Shown here in pieces: positions 9,494 through 18,047 of a stretch of DNA of 64,000 nucleotides. How positions within the stretch are numbered: position 1 is the first letter of the stretch; each line of letters opens with the position of its first letter. Under the pieces are notes generated by a model that was given only the letters and a program-made list of their open reading frames with translations, made no database searches and was not told the DNA's origin. The stretch is from IMG/VR virus record IMGVR_UViG_3300012662_000001, positions 1 to 64,000 of that record. One strand, written 5' to 3'. The translations under genes were made by a program, and so were the position numbers. Source of the DNA: a virus.

Positions 9494-10443
9494 AGGAACT
9501 TGTGTCGACGTTACAGAAGAAGTTCGGCAAGGAGATTGTGGCTGGAAACACTTCACAGGAGGTCACGTTCATTTCGTCAGGCAGTATGGGTCTTGACTTG
9601 GCTCTGGGTGGTGGTTATCCTCTTGGCAGGATAGTGGAACTCAGAGGGTATGAATCCAGTGGAAAGACCACGCTTGCCCTGACGGCCTGTGCAAGCATAC
9701 AGAAACAGACAGGCAAGGCGATTGTCTATGTGGACAGAGAGAACGCCATTGATATGGACTATGTGGAGGCACTCGGAGTGGACGTGTCATCTCAGAAGTT
9801 CATTCTTACACAGGCTGGAACGGCTGAGGAGTGTCTGGAAATCATACGTGAATCAGCGAGGTCAACAGCGGTGGGCGGTATTGTTATGGATTCAGTGGCG
9901 GCTATGTTTCCACGATGCTATCTGGAAGCGGAGGTCGGGGATGCCAAGATGGGTGTTCTGGCTAGACTGATGTCAGCTTGGCTTCCTGGAATTGTGGGTG
10001 ATCTGAAGAGAAACAATATTATTGCACTGTTTATCAATCAGTATCGTGAAAAGATAGGTGTGATGTACGGTTCACCAAAGACTACTCCAGGAGGAAAGAG
10101 CTTGGGCTTCTATGCAAGTCAGATTCTGGACATTGCCAAGTCAGGTGTTGTGGGTGATAAGGGTGAGGAATCAGCCATTCACGTCAAGGTGCGTGTGGAG
10201 AAGAACAAGGTCGCTCCACCGTTGCGCAAGGCGGAGTTTGACATTCGCTTCGGTGAGGGTGTGGATAGAGCGTCTGAGGTGCTTGGACTTGCGGTTGAGT
10301 ATGAGATTGTGGAGAAGAAAGGTGCATTCTTCCGCTACAACGGTAATCTCATCGGGCAGGGTTCAGAAAGGGCAAGGGCTTTCCTTGCTGATAATCTTGA
10401 GTTGATGCAGGAGATTGAAGCAAAGATAACGGAAAAGATTTAG
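9481..10443 (+). CDS. recA: RecA recombinase
   Basis: GSMGLDLALGGGYPLGRIVELRGYESSGKTTLAL (Walker A), DSVAAM, ARLMS, FINQYREKIGVMYGSPKTTPGGKSLGFYAS. Confidence 0.9.
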   Translation: MAGIEELVSTLQKKFGKEIVAGNTSQEVTFISSGSMGLDLALGGGYPLGRIVELRGYESSGKTTLALTACASIQKQTGKAIVYVDRENAIDMDYVEALGVDVSSQKFILTQAGTAEECLEIIRESARSTAVGGIVMDSVAAMFPRCYLEAEVGDAKMGVLARLMSAWLPGIVGDLKRNNIIALFINQYREKIGVMYGSPKTTPGGKSLGFYASQILDIAKSGVVGDKGEESAIHVKVRVEKNKVAPPLRKAEFDIRFGEGVDRASEVLGLAVEYEIVEKKGAFFRYNGNLIGQGSERARAFLADNLELMQEIEAKITEKI

Positions 10444-10447
10444 ACTT

Positions 10448-12442
10448 ATGAGACTGGAAACATTAAGGCTGAAGAACTTTCTTTCCTTTAGGGAACTGAA
10501 TCATACGTTTAGGAACGGTGCGATACTTATACAGGGGCGTAATCTCACAGAGGACAGCAAGGAGACGAACGGTGCTGGAAAGTCCACTATGGAAGCCGGA
10601 ATCTCCTATGCGTTGATGGCCACACCACTTCGCAAACAGACACTTGATAGAGATCTGATAAGATGGGGTGAGGATGAAGCTGAGATTGAACTGACGGTGT
10701 TCTGTCCAGTTCGAGGGCAGCGACTTCGAATATTCAGGAAGATTCGTGTAAAGGGTTCAGCGACGTTGGAACTGTATCTGAATGAGCAGCCTGTACAGTT
10801 TGCTTCCGTGCTGGAGGGGAACAGATACATTCTGGATTGGATAGCGATAACCCCTGAGGACTTGAAGTCCTTCTATATTCTAAACAAGGAGAACTACAAG
10901 TCCTTTCTGAGTGCTTCCAACACTGACAAGCTCGCTCTCATCAATCGTTTTATGAGGGCAGAGCGTCTGGAAACGGCTGATGACGTCATAAAGGAGCAGA
11001 GTGTTCTCTACATTGAGAAACGTGATGCAGCCCAGAAAAAGGTCTTTTCCGTGGAGGGTGAATTAAACGCCTATAAGAGCCAGTTGAACTATGAGCAGTC
11101 TCGTAATCTTGATGAGGAACTGGAACAGCAGGTACAGGCAATTAGTGAACGAATAGATGAGTATAGACTGAAGATTCAAGCGTGTGAAAATGATAACAGA
11201 CAGATGGAGGAATCCAGAGGTGGGGTTGAATCAGAGGTTCTTAGTGCGAAGGAACACCTAAATATAGTGAAGCAGTCTCTTGAAGCGATGATTGCTGACA
11301 GCACTCTTGAGCAGCGAAAAGAATCCATTAGACAGGAACGTCAGGGTCTTGATAGTGCCGTGGTGGAAGCACGGAATTTTCGTAGTGAGGAACATCGACA
11401 ACTTGATGAGACGAATAGAAAATTGACTGAACTGAACAAGGTGCTTGCAGGAGTGATCACGTGTCCACACTGTCACCATAGATTTTTATTGAATGATACG
11501 GAATGTTCCGTTGCTGAACTTGAGAATGAAAGGGCAGGAGTGACTACTGACATAGATGTTCATAATAAGACAATTGATGAAATCAATGCCGTGCTTGATG
11601 AACTTGCTGACAACCTTTCCACCTATGATGGCGAGGAAAAAGAAATTGTTAATGCTATGAATAGACGTGATGCTGAGATTGCGACATTGCGTAAACAGAT
11701 TGCTAATGCGGAGCGTGATATCTGTGGCAAGGAGATTATATTAAGTCAGTGTAAAGAGAACGTCAAACGTAATAACAACACTATTGAGAATCTGAACAAG
11801 GATATTCAGCAGGAGGAGAAAAGAATTACCGTGCTGATGGAAGATGGTATTCAAACAAAGGTTGAGGAATATAAGGGGTTGATAACCTTGACAGAAAAGA
11901 AGTTGGAGCGTGCTCAGAAGGAACTTGAGAAGGCCGAAACCGAACTTGGTGAGCTTCAGCAGTGGGGGCAGCGATTCAAGGATTTCAGAATGTCCTTGGC
12001 CTGTGAACAGTTGAAGACGATTCAGGATGTGGCCAATCTATCACTGGAAAGACAGAAGTCCGAGCTTCGTGTGTCCATTGATGGTTTCAAGGTGAACGCC
12101 AAGGGTCAGATCAAGAGTGAGATTACTGTTCTGGTCATCAACGGTGAGGGCGAATACAAGAGTTTTTGGTTATATAGCGGTGGTGAACGTGCCAGAGTGG
12201 AGGTGGCAATGATACAGGCGTTTCAGGAGATGCTCAACGCCACCAATCCCTATGGAGGTCTGGACTTTCTGATGATAGACGAGGTACTTGAGGGGACGGA
12301 TCCTCTTGGCTTGAGCCTACTTATTGAATCTTTGAAGGACGTGGAAAATCCAGTTTATATCATTAGTCACGTGATGAATATCAAGGCTGGTGTTCCAACG
12401 TTGACGATTACCAAGGAGAACGGTATAAGCAGACTTGAATGA
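10448..12442 (+). CDS. sbcC: SbcC/Rad50-family ATPase
   Basis: N-terminal NGAGKST Walker A, long central coiled coil with a CPHC hook-like motif, C-terminal YSGGERARV signature and LMIDEV Walker B. Confidence 0.8.
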   Translation: MRLETLRLKNFLSFRELNHTFRNGAILIQGRNLTEDSKETNGAGKSTMEAGISYALMATPLRKQTLDRDLIRWGEDEAEIELTVFCPVRGQRLRIFRKIRVKGSATLELYLNEQPVQFASVLEGNRYILDWIAITPEDLKSFYILNKENYKSFLSASNTDKLALINRFMRAERLETADDVIKEQSVLYIEKRDAAQKKVFSVEGELNAYKSQLNYEQSRNLDEELEQQVQAISERIDEYRLKIQACENDNRQMEESRGGVESEVLSAKEHLNIVKQSLEAMIADSTLEQRKESIRQERQGLDSAVVEARNFRSEEHRQLDETNRKLTELNKVLAGVITCPHCHHRFLLNDTECSVAELENERAGVTTDIDVHNKTIDEINAVLDELADNLSTYDGEEKEIVNAMNRRDAEIATLRKQIANAERDICGKEIILSQCKENVKRNNNTIENLNKDIQQEEKRITVLMEDGIQTKVEEYKGLITLTEKKLERAQKELEKAETELGELQQWGQRFKDFRMSLACEQLKTIQDVANLSLERQKSELRVSIDGFKVNAKGQIKSEITVLVINGEGEYKSFWLYSGGERARVEVAMIQAFQEMLNATNPYGGLDFLMIDEVLEGTDPLGLSLLIESLKDVENPVYIISHVMNIKAGVPTLTITKENGISRLE

Positions 12443-12939
12443 GTGAGAAGACTATAATAGGGGTGGATCCTGGAAAGGAGGGATTCATAACCGTAATGAG
12501 GGGTGGTGTGTTTACGCACCATCCTATTCCTATGGTAGGTCACAAGGAACTGGATATGGTGTCTCTTTCGACCTTAATTGTTGGTATAGCGAGTGAATGT
12601 GATCCGAGGATGACACAGGTTGTCATAGAAGATGTTCACGCAATATACGGCAGTGCCGCAGGAGCCACGTTCACATTCGGTGGAATAGCCTATGCGTTGA
12701 GGATGGGATTTATTATGGTCGGACTTCCTGTTGTGCTTGTGTCTCCAAAGAAGTGGCAGAAGGAGATGTTTGAAGGCATAAAGGTTGATTCTGACAAGAA
12801 AGTGATGTCCATTGCGGCAGCGAAGCGTCTGTGTCCTGGAACCGACCTACGACGGTCACCACGATGCAGTAAGCCTGATGACAATCTTACTGATTCACTT
12901 CTTATAGCGATATATGGGTCAAGACATTATGTGTTATGA
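12439..12939 (+). CDS. RuvC-like Holliday junction resolvase
   Basis: IIGVDPGKEG, VVIEDVHAIYG, C-terminal DDNLTDSLLIA. RuvC-fold acidic residues are in order; ATGA overlap with sbcC. Confidence 0.6.
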   Translation: MSEKTIIGVDPGKEGFITVMRGGVFTHHPIPMVGHKELDMVSLSTLIVGIASECDPRMTQVVIEDVHAIYGSAAGATFTFGGIAYALRMGFIMVGLPVVLVSPKKWQKEMFEGIKVDSDKKVMSIAAAKRLCPGTDLRRSPRCSKPDDNLTDSLLIAIYGSRHYVL

Positions 12940-13289
12940 AATGGGTTTTGAAATGTTCAAATAGAGCGAGGTGTGAGTTTGCTCGTGATGGTCAATGGTT
13001 GGAATCAGGGCATTATACATTAAAGTATGATAAGAAACGTGGAAGAATGTTTCCAGTCTCAGATGAGGAGGTGAAGTGTCCAGTGTGTGGTGAGCCGCTT
13101 CGATGGGAGGAGCAGGTCGTTCCTATATCGAATTTTGGTGTCAGCACGTTCAACGGTCTTTCAGATGAGGTGAAGAAGAAAGTGCTTCGTGAACGATTTG
13201 ACGCTGACAACAGACGCACTGGAAATGATGTTAAGGCAAACAACCATCGCAGGGCGGTGGAAAAGATGATAGGTTATGACAAGCAATGA
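12936..13289 (+). CDS. hypothetical zinc-ribbon protein
   Basis: CSNRARC...CPVCGEP cysteine pairs; overlaps the neighbours. Confidence 0.45.
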   Translation: MKWVLKCSNRARCEFARDGQWLESGHYTLKYDKKRGRMFPVSDEEVKCPVCGEPLRWEEQVVPISNFGVSTFNGLSDEVKKKVLRERFDADNRRTGNDVKANNHRRAVEKMIGYDKQ

Positions 13290-13593
13290 AATGTTTCTGG
13301 ATGCCTGTCAGGGCATCGTGATGAACTGCAACAGGCAGATTCTTGTGATTAGAATTATGGATGAGTGGCACGCAGTGCTCACACAGTATGTTCGTCTCCC
13401 TAACAGGGAGGTTCGCTATTCGGAGGTCACAGGTCAGGACATAACTCGAATAGTGAAGAATGTGCAGAGCAACTTCCAGAATATGACGGAGCAGCGACTT
13501 GAGGAACTTGTTCAGTCAATATGTGTGCAGACGTTTAAGTTTGAGACAGAGGACTATATTTGGTTGACCAAGGTGGACTTGAAACGAGTTTAA
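13276..13593 (+). CDS. hypothetical protein
   Basis: 105-codon ORF. Confidence 0.4.
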   Translation: MTSNEMFLDACQGIVMNCNRQILVIRIMDEWHAVLTQYVRLPNREVRYSEVTGQDITRIVKNVQSNFQNMTEQRLEELVQSICVQTFKFETEDYIWLTKVDLKRV

Positions 13594-13636
13594 ATCGATG
13601 TGAAATGACTAAATTTGGGTCGTATATTAATGCTTT

Positions 13637-14260
13637 ATGACGATGGGTACAACACAGATTGTAGGTTCGGCGATTGACACAGGCAGGGCGATCGGCGATG
13701 TTGGTATGATGGCCGTTACGGCTGGATTTTTTCTTGTTCTTTCTGGCATCCTTATGGTGGTGTGCTTTAAGTGGTTTATTCGACTTATTAACAGTATGTT
13801 GGAGGATCAGAAACGAACAATGGAGGAACTCCTAAAGGAGACACGCAATCAGAATTCACAGCTCGCCGAGTTGTCAGAATGTTTGGCCCCAGGAAATCAA
13901 CTGAAGACAAAGGTCATCTCGAATGCGTTTTTTGACTTGGGTGTGGAAAAGGTCTGCCACTTGATTAAGAAAGTGAGAGCCGAGAACCATATAGCGGATA
14001 GACAGGCCACAGAGAAAAAGGTTTATAAACTGTTGAAGAATCTACACAATGACCGAAACACTAAGTTGGATTCATTCACCTATCACGGACGTTCGCTTTC
14101 AAGTTATACAAATGAAGAGTGGATAGACAGGGTTAAGGTCGTTGTTCTGGAGGAACTTTACAATACCACTGGAGCCAATGATGAGCGTGCCAATACCAAT
14201 GTGGTGGCAATCTATGATCAGATAAAACTGGACTTTTATAGTAATATGATGCAGAAGTGA
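13637..14260 (+). CDS. hypothetical membrane-anchored protein
   Basis: N-terminal hydrophobic segment (MMAVTAGFFLVLSGILMVVCF). Confidence 0.5.
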   Translation: MTMGTTQIVGSAIDTGRAIGDVGMMAVTAGFFLVLSGILMVVCFKWFIRLINSMLEDQKRTMEELLKETRNQNSQLAELSECLAPGNQLKTKVISNAFFDLGVEKVCHLIKKVRAENHIADRQATEKKVYKLLKNLHNDRNTKLDSFTYHGRSLSSYTNEEWIDRVKVVVLEELYNTTGANDERANTNVVAIYDQIKLDFYSNMMQK

Positions 14261-15387
14261 TGGGTCTCTTTGAATTTATAGCAAAATCTCGTTCAGGTGT
14301 GTATAAGGATACATCTGAGAATCGTAGACTTCACCGTGTTGGACAGAAGTATGGTGGGCAGAAACAATTGGAGGATGAGGGTGAATTGATCCCTGGAATG
14401 CCTAATTCCACCAAGGTGAATCTGAAGAAGTATTTGTCTGATAAGGTAAAGGAACAAGTTGAGGAATATATTGCTAATGTTTCCACTCTTAAGGGGTTGT
14501 GGAATAAATCTGAGGGTCTGGATGCTATAATTGATCAGATTCAACATCATTTTAATAAGAATTTTGATTCCATTCCCAAGGCACAGAGAGCCTTTTATGT
14601 GGCAGTAGTGAAATGTCTTCTGGAACGTAAGGAAGAACTTCGTACAGGTGAAAAGAAAGATGTTTCCACTATGACTGAGACTGAAGAATTTGCTATTAAG
14701 CAGCAGAATGCAAGGCTTGAACGTGCTAAAAGACAACAGGCAGATTTTGAATTGTTAGCCAAGACATACGGAATTGAACGTGGTGCTCCTATGTCAATTG
14801 ATTTGGCAGACAGCGAACACGCAAATCCAAGGTATTGTACTCTTGTGGATGGAAGTTTTCGCCCTTATACTTCGAACTGTCAGACCTGTGTGGTTGCCTA
14901 TGAACTTCGTAAACGAGGATATGATGTTGAAGCAATAGGTGTTGCTGTTAAAAAGGGTGAGTATTCAAACGGTTTTCAACAAAGTATAGCAAGAGATAGC
15001 ACTTTTTCATTCGAAGAAGATGTGGATCCTGTTAAGTTGAATGGTGGTATTAAATCTAACACAGATAAGGGTCGTAGACAGTTTTTGGAAAATATCTGTA
15101 ATGTCACAAAGGAAAGTGGAACATATTTCTTTTCTTTTAAGAACAAAGGCAGATTTAGTGCTCATATAGTAGTGCTTGAAAGATTGTCTGATAAACTTCT
15201 TTTGGTTGATCCACAGGCGAATATAAAGAAGAATCTTTTGGAACCGATTGAATATACAAGATACTTTAAGAGTATTGATATTGTTTCTGAACATAATCAG
15301 GTCTTTCGGGTGAATGATTTAACATTCAAACCAGAAGTCTTTTCTATAGTGAAAAAGGCAGATATAAAATTAGACAACAATGATTGA
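14257..15387 (+). CDS. NRRLHRVGQxYG-motif protein with possible C-terminal papain-fold (Cys/His/Asp) domain
   Basis: N-terminus SRSGVYKDTSENRRLHRVGQKYG is shared with 54695..55876 and occurs twice in 53060..54622. C-terminal part has SNCQTCVVAYELRKRGYD, then SAHIVVLE, then LLLVDPQ. AT-rich. Confidence 0.55.
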   Translation: MMGLFEFIAKSRSGVYKDTSENRRLHRVGQKYGGQKQLEDEGELIPGMPNSTKVNLKKYLSDKVKEQVEEYIANVSTLKGLWNKSEGLDAIIDQIQHHFNKNFDSIPKAQRAFYVAVVKCLLERKEELRTGEKKDVSTMTETEEFAIKQQNARLERAKRQQADFELLAKTYGIERGAPMSIDLADSEHANPRYCTLVDGSFRPYTSNCQTCVVAYELRKRGYDVEAIGVAVKKGEYSNGFQQSIARDSTFSFEEDVDPVKLNGGIKSNTDKGRRQFLENICNVTKESGTYFFSFKNKGRFSAHIVVLERLSDKLLLVDPQANIKKNLLEPIEYTRYFKSIDIVSEHNQVFRVNDLTFKPEVFSIVKKADIKLDNND

Positions 15388-15616
15388 CGAAAAGGATATA
15401 TTGAAGATCTGTGAAACAGCAGGTTGGAAAGGTGGCAAGCTGATTTACGGTGGGTTCGCTGACGGCAAGTATTACGTTTCCTACGGAGCGGAGAGTGACG
15501 GTGCTGAACTTGCGTGTGTGGGTGCTCCTATAATTCTTGTCGTGGAGAACGGCAGGTGTAGAACAGCCACTGACAAGGAATGGGTTTACTTTTACGAAAA
15601 TTTTGTGAAAGATTAA
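15380..15616 (+). CDS. hypothetical small protein (immunity-like position)
   Basis: 78-codon ORF overlapping the end of the preceding gene. Confidence 0.4.
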   Translation: MIDEKDILKICETAGWKGGKLIYGGFADGKYYVSYGAESDGAELACVGAPIILVVENGRCRTATDKEWVYFYENFVKD

Positions 15617-15623
15617 GGATTGT

Positions 15624-15656
15624 TCCTTGGATTATCAGGATGAATGATTATATTTG
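15624..15656 (+). promoter_or_regulatory. promoter/operator cassette P2
   Basis: TCCTTGGATTATCAGGA, then TATATTTG; 19-nt spacer. Confidence 0.55.
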
Positions 15657-15684
15657 CATAGTGAAAATTAAAAATGATTTCGTT

Positions 15685-16137
15685 ATGATTAAGATTGTCA
15701 CAAAATCTCAGGATCGTTTTCGTCAGGCTGCTGAAATAGCAGTTCAGGCGCATCGGGGTCAAGTTGACAAGAATGGTGTTCCGTACATCTGTCATCCTAT
15801 TGCCGTTGCTCAGAAGTGTCCATATTATACAGCCAAGTGTGTGGCTATGCTTCACGACGTGCTGGAGGATACGGAGTTTACCTCAGAGGACTTGCTTGCT
15901 ATGGATGTTGATCCATATATCGTTGAATGTGTAGAAAAGTTGACACACGATTCAAAGGTTCCATATCTGGACTACATTCAAAGCATAATTGACACACGAG
16001 ACACAAATATCATCAGCATAAAGTATGCTGATCTGTGTGACAATCTTGATCCGACGAGGGGTGGCTTGAACAAGGAGAAGTTATCTCTGTATAGTAAGGC
16101 CAGAAGAATGATGGAGGAAGCCTTATGTCTTGTGTAG
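15685..16137 (+). CDS. small HD-domain (p)ppGpp pyrophosphohydrolase (SpoT/MESH1-like)
   Basis: AHRGQVDKNGVPYICHPIAVA...MLHDVLEDT...VEKLTHD matches the RelA/SpoT hydrolase-domain signature. ATG at 15685 chosen because P2 lies inside the longer ORF. Confidence 0.7.
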   Translation: MIKIVTKSQDRFRQAAEIAVQAHRGQVDKNGVPYICHPIAVAQKCPYYTAKCVAMLHDVLEDTEFTSEDLLAMDVDPYIVECVEKLTHDSKVPYLDYIQSIIDTRDTNIISIKYADLCDNLDPTRGGLNKEKLSLYSKARRMMEEALCLV

Positions 16138-18047
16138 AACTAAGAAATGAAATCCTCCGTCTAAATTCCCTGTATAGGCAGGGCAAGCCGGAGGTTAGTG
16201 ATGTTGAATATGACGCACTCGTGGAACAGTTGAAAGCGATGTCTCCTGATGATGACTTCTTTAGGTCAGGCGTTGCTGAAAAGGCGACTGACAGAATGCA
16301 GAAACTTCCTCTTCCTATGTTCTCTCTGGAGAAAATAAAGACGTTTAAGGAGTTTTTTGTGTGGGTCACGAGAATGGTCAAGGTTGGGTGTGAAAATCTT
16401 GTTATAACGCCTAAATATGACGGAATAAGTCTTCTTGTCAGTGAACTGTCACAGGCGGCCTGGACGAGGGGTGACGGTGTGCAGGGTCAACGTAGTGACG
16501 CACATTTTGCACGAATGAAAAATGGTGAGGACAGAGAACCTGTGTTTGAGTACACTTGGGGTGAGGCAATATGTTCCAGAGACGACTTTGAAAAGGTCAA
16601 GGGTGAATATAAGAATGCTCGCAATATGGTTGCAGGGCTGTTCAACTCCCCTATGGGAGCCAATACGGAGCAGATAGGAGCTGTGACATTTGTGAGGTAT
16701 GGCCTTGATTCTGATGAGAACAAGTCTGTGCAGCTTACTTATATGGAGAAACAGTATCTGTATGTTACTCCATTCAAGATGATTAAAGCAAAGGACATTC
16801 TATCCTATGATGAGAGTAGTATTCTGGATATGTTGAACACACTTTATAGGTTATGGAAACAGACCTACCAGATAGACGGTTTGGTTATTGAAGTGGATGA
16901 GAGCGGTGTTCGCAAGACACTGGGACGCAAGCCAAACGGAAATCCTGACTATGCCGTTGCGTTCAAGCGTGAGGAGTGGCTTCAATCCTACACCACAGTG
17001 GTGGAGAGGGTTGAATGGAATGTTAGCAAGGACGGTTGTCTATGTCCAGTGATATGTGTAAGGCCTGTGGAGATGGAGAGTGCCACCGTGTCCAGAGTGA
17101 CAGGTTATAATGCTCAATATATTCTGGAGAACAATATAGCGAGCGGTTCCACGATAGACATCATTCGCAGCGGTGACGTTATTCCAAAGCATATCAGAAC
17201 ACTTGGTTATTTGGAAAAGACCTGTTTACAGGAATTCCCTACCGTGTGTCCGTGTTGTGGCAAGCCTATTCAGTGGGACTCCACTCACACCGAGCTCGTG
17301 TGTGTGAATGAGAATTGTAGGCAGCAGGTCATTTCTCGTATGGTGTATTTCTTTAGGACGATGGGCTGTGAGGGCTTTGATGAGCCTATTGTGCGTCGCC
17401 TATATGACGCAGGAATGGACAGTGTCCAGGTTGCTGTGGCAAACAAGTCCACCGTATTTATGTACATACTTGGAGAGAATAAAGGTCTGGCGGTGTACAA
17501 TGAGATTCAGAGGAGAGTGCTTCACACGAAGAATTCCGTTGCACGACTTATGACAGCCTTTAATGTGTTTGGCGGTGCTCTTGCTGAGAAGACTGCACAG
17601 AACATCATAGACGGCAGTGAAGCGGTTCAGTATCTACTGGACGTGGGTGAGCCGATTGATGATAATGACATTCTGGCGGTGGTTCGTGAGGAGTTATACT
17701 CCATCTTTGGAGTGGGTGAGGTTACGGCTGACACGTTTATTGCAGGTATGGACAGGTTCCTGAGGATGAAGTATATGTATCCTCACTATGTCTACAGACC
17801 GCAGAGGGTGATTGCTGATGACTGTATGCACGTCTGTATGACAGGCTTTCGGAGCAGGGAACTGGAGGAGGAACTTGTAAGGCAGGGACACGAGGTTCTG
17901 AGCGGTGTCACGGCCAAGTGTACGGTTCTTGTAGTGGCTGATCTGAACTCGACAAGCAGCAAGATGCAGAAAGCTCAGAAGATGGGGATACGTATTGTGG
18001 ATAGAAAGACATTTGAAAATGAAATATACGGCAAGGAGAATAAATAG
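16125..18047 (+). CDS. ligA: NAD-dependent DNA ligase
   Basis: N-terminal SDVEYDALVEQL, adenylation motif TPKYDGISL (KxDG), zinc finger CPCCG...CVNENC, C-terminal BRCT-like segment. Confidence 0.85.
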   Translation: MSCVELRNEILRLNSLYRQGKPEVSDVEYDALVEQLKAMSPDDDFFRSGVAEKATDRMQKLPLPMFSLEKIKTFKEFFVWVTRMVKVGCENLVITPKYDGISLLVSELSQAAWTRGDGVQGQRSDAHFARMKNGEDREPVFEYTWGEAICSRDDFEKVKGEYKNARNMVAGLFNSPMGANTEQIGAVTFVRYGLDSDENKSVQLTYMEKQYLYVTPFKMIKAKDILSYDESSILDMLNTLYRLWKQTYQIDGLVIEVDESGVRKTLGRKPNGNPDYAVAFKREEWLQSYTTVVERVEWNVSKDGCLCPVICVRPVEMESATVSRVTGYNAQYILENNIASGSTIDIIRSGDVIPKHIRTLGYLEKTCLQEFPTVCPCCGKPIQWDSTHTELVCVNENCRQQVISRMVYFFRTMGCEGFDEPIVRRLYDAGMDSVQVAVANKSTVFMYILGENKGLAVYNEIQRRVLHTKNSVARLMTAFNVFGGALAEKTAQNIIDGSEAVQYLLDVGEPIDDNDILAVVREELYSIFGVGEVTADTFIAGMDRFLRMKYMYPHYVYRPQRVIADDCMHVCMTGFRSRELEEELVRQGHEVLSGVTAKCTVLVVADLNSTSSKMQKAQKMGIRIVDRKTFENEIYGKENK

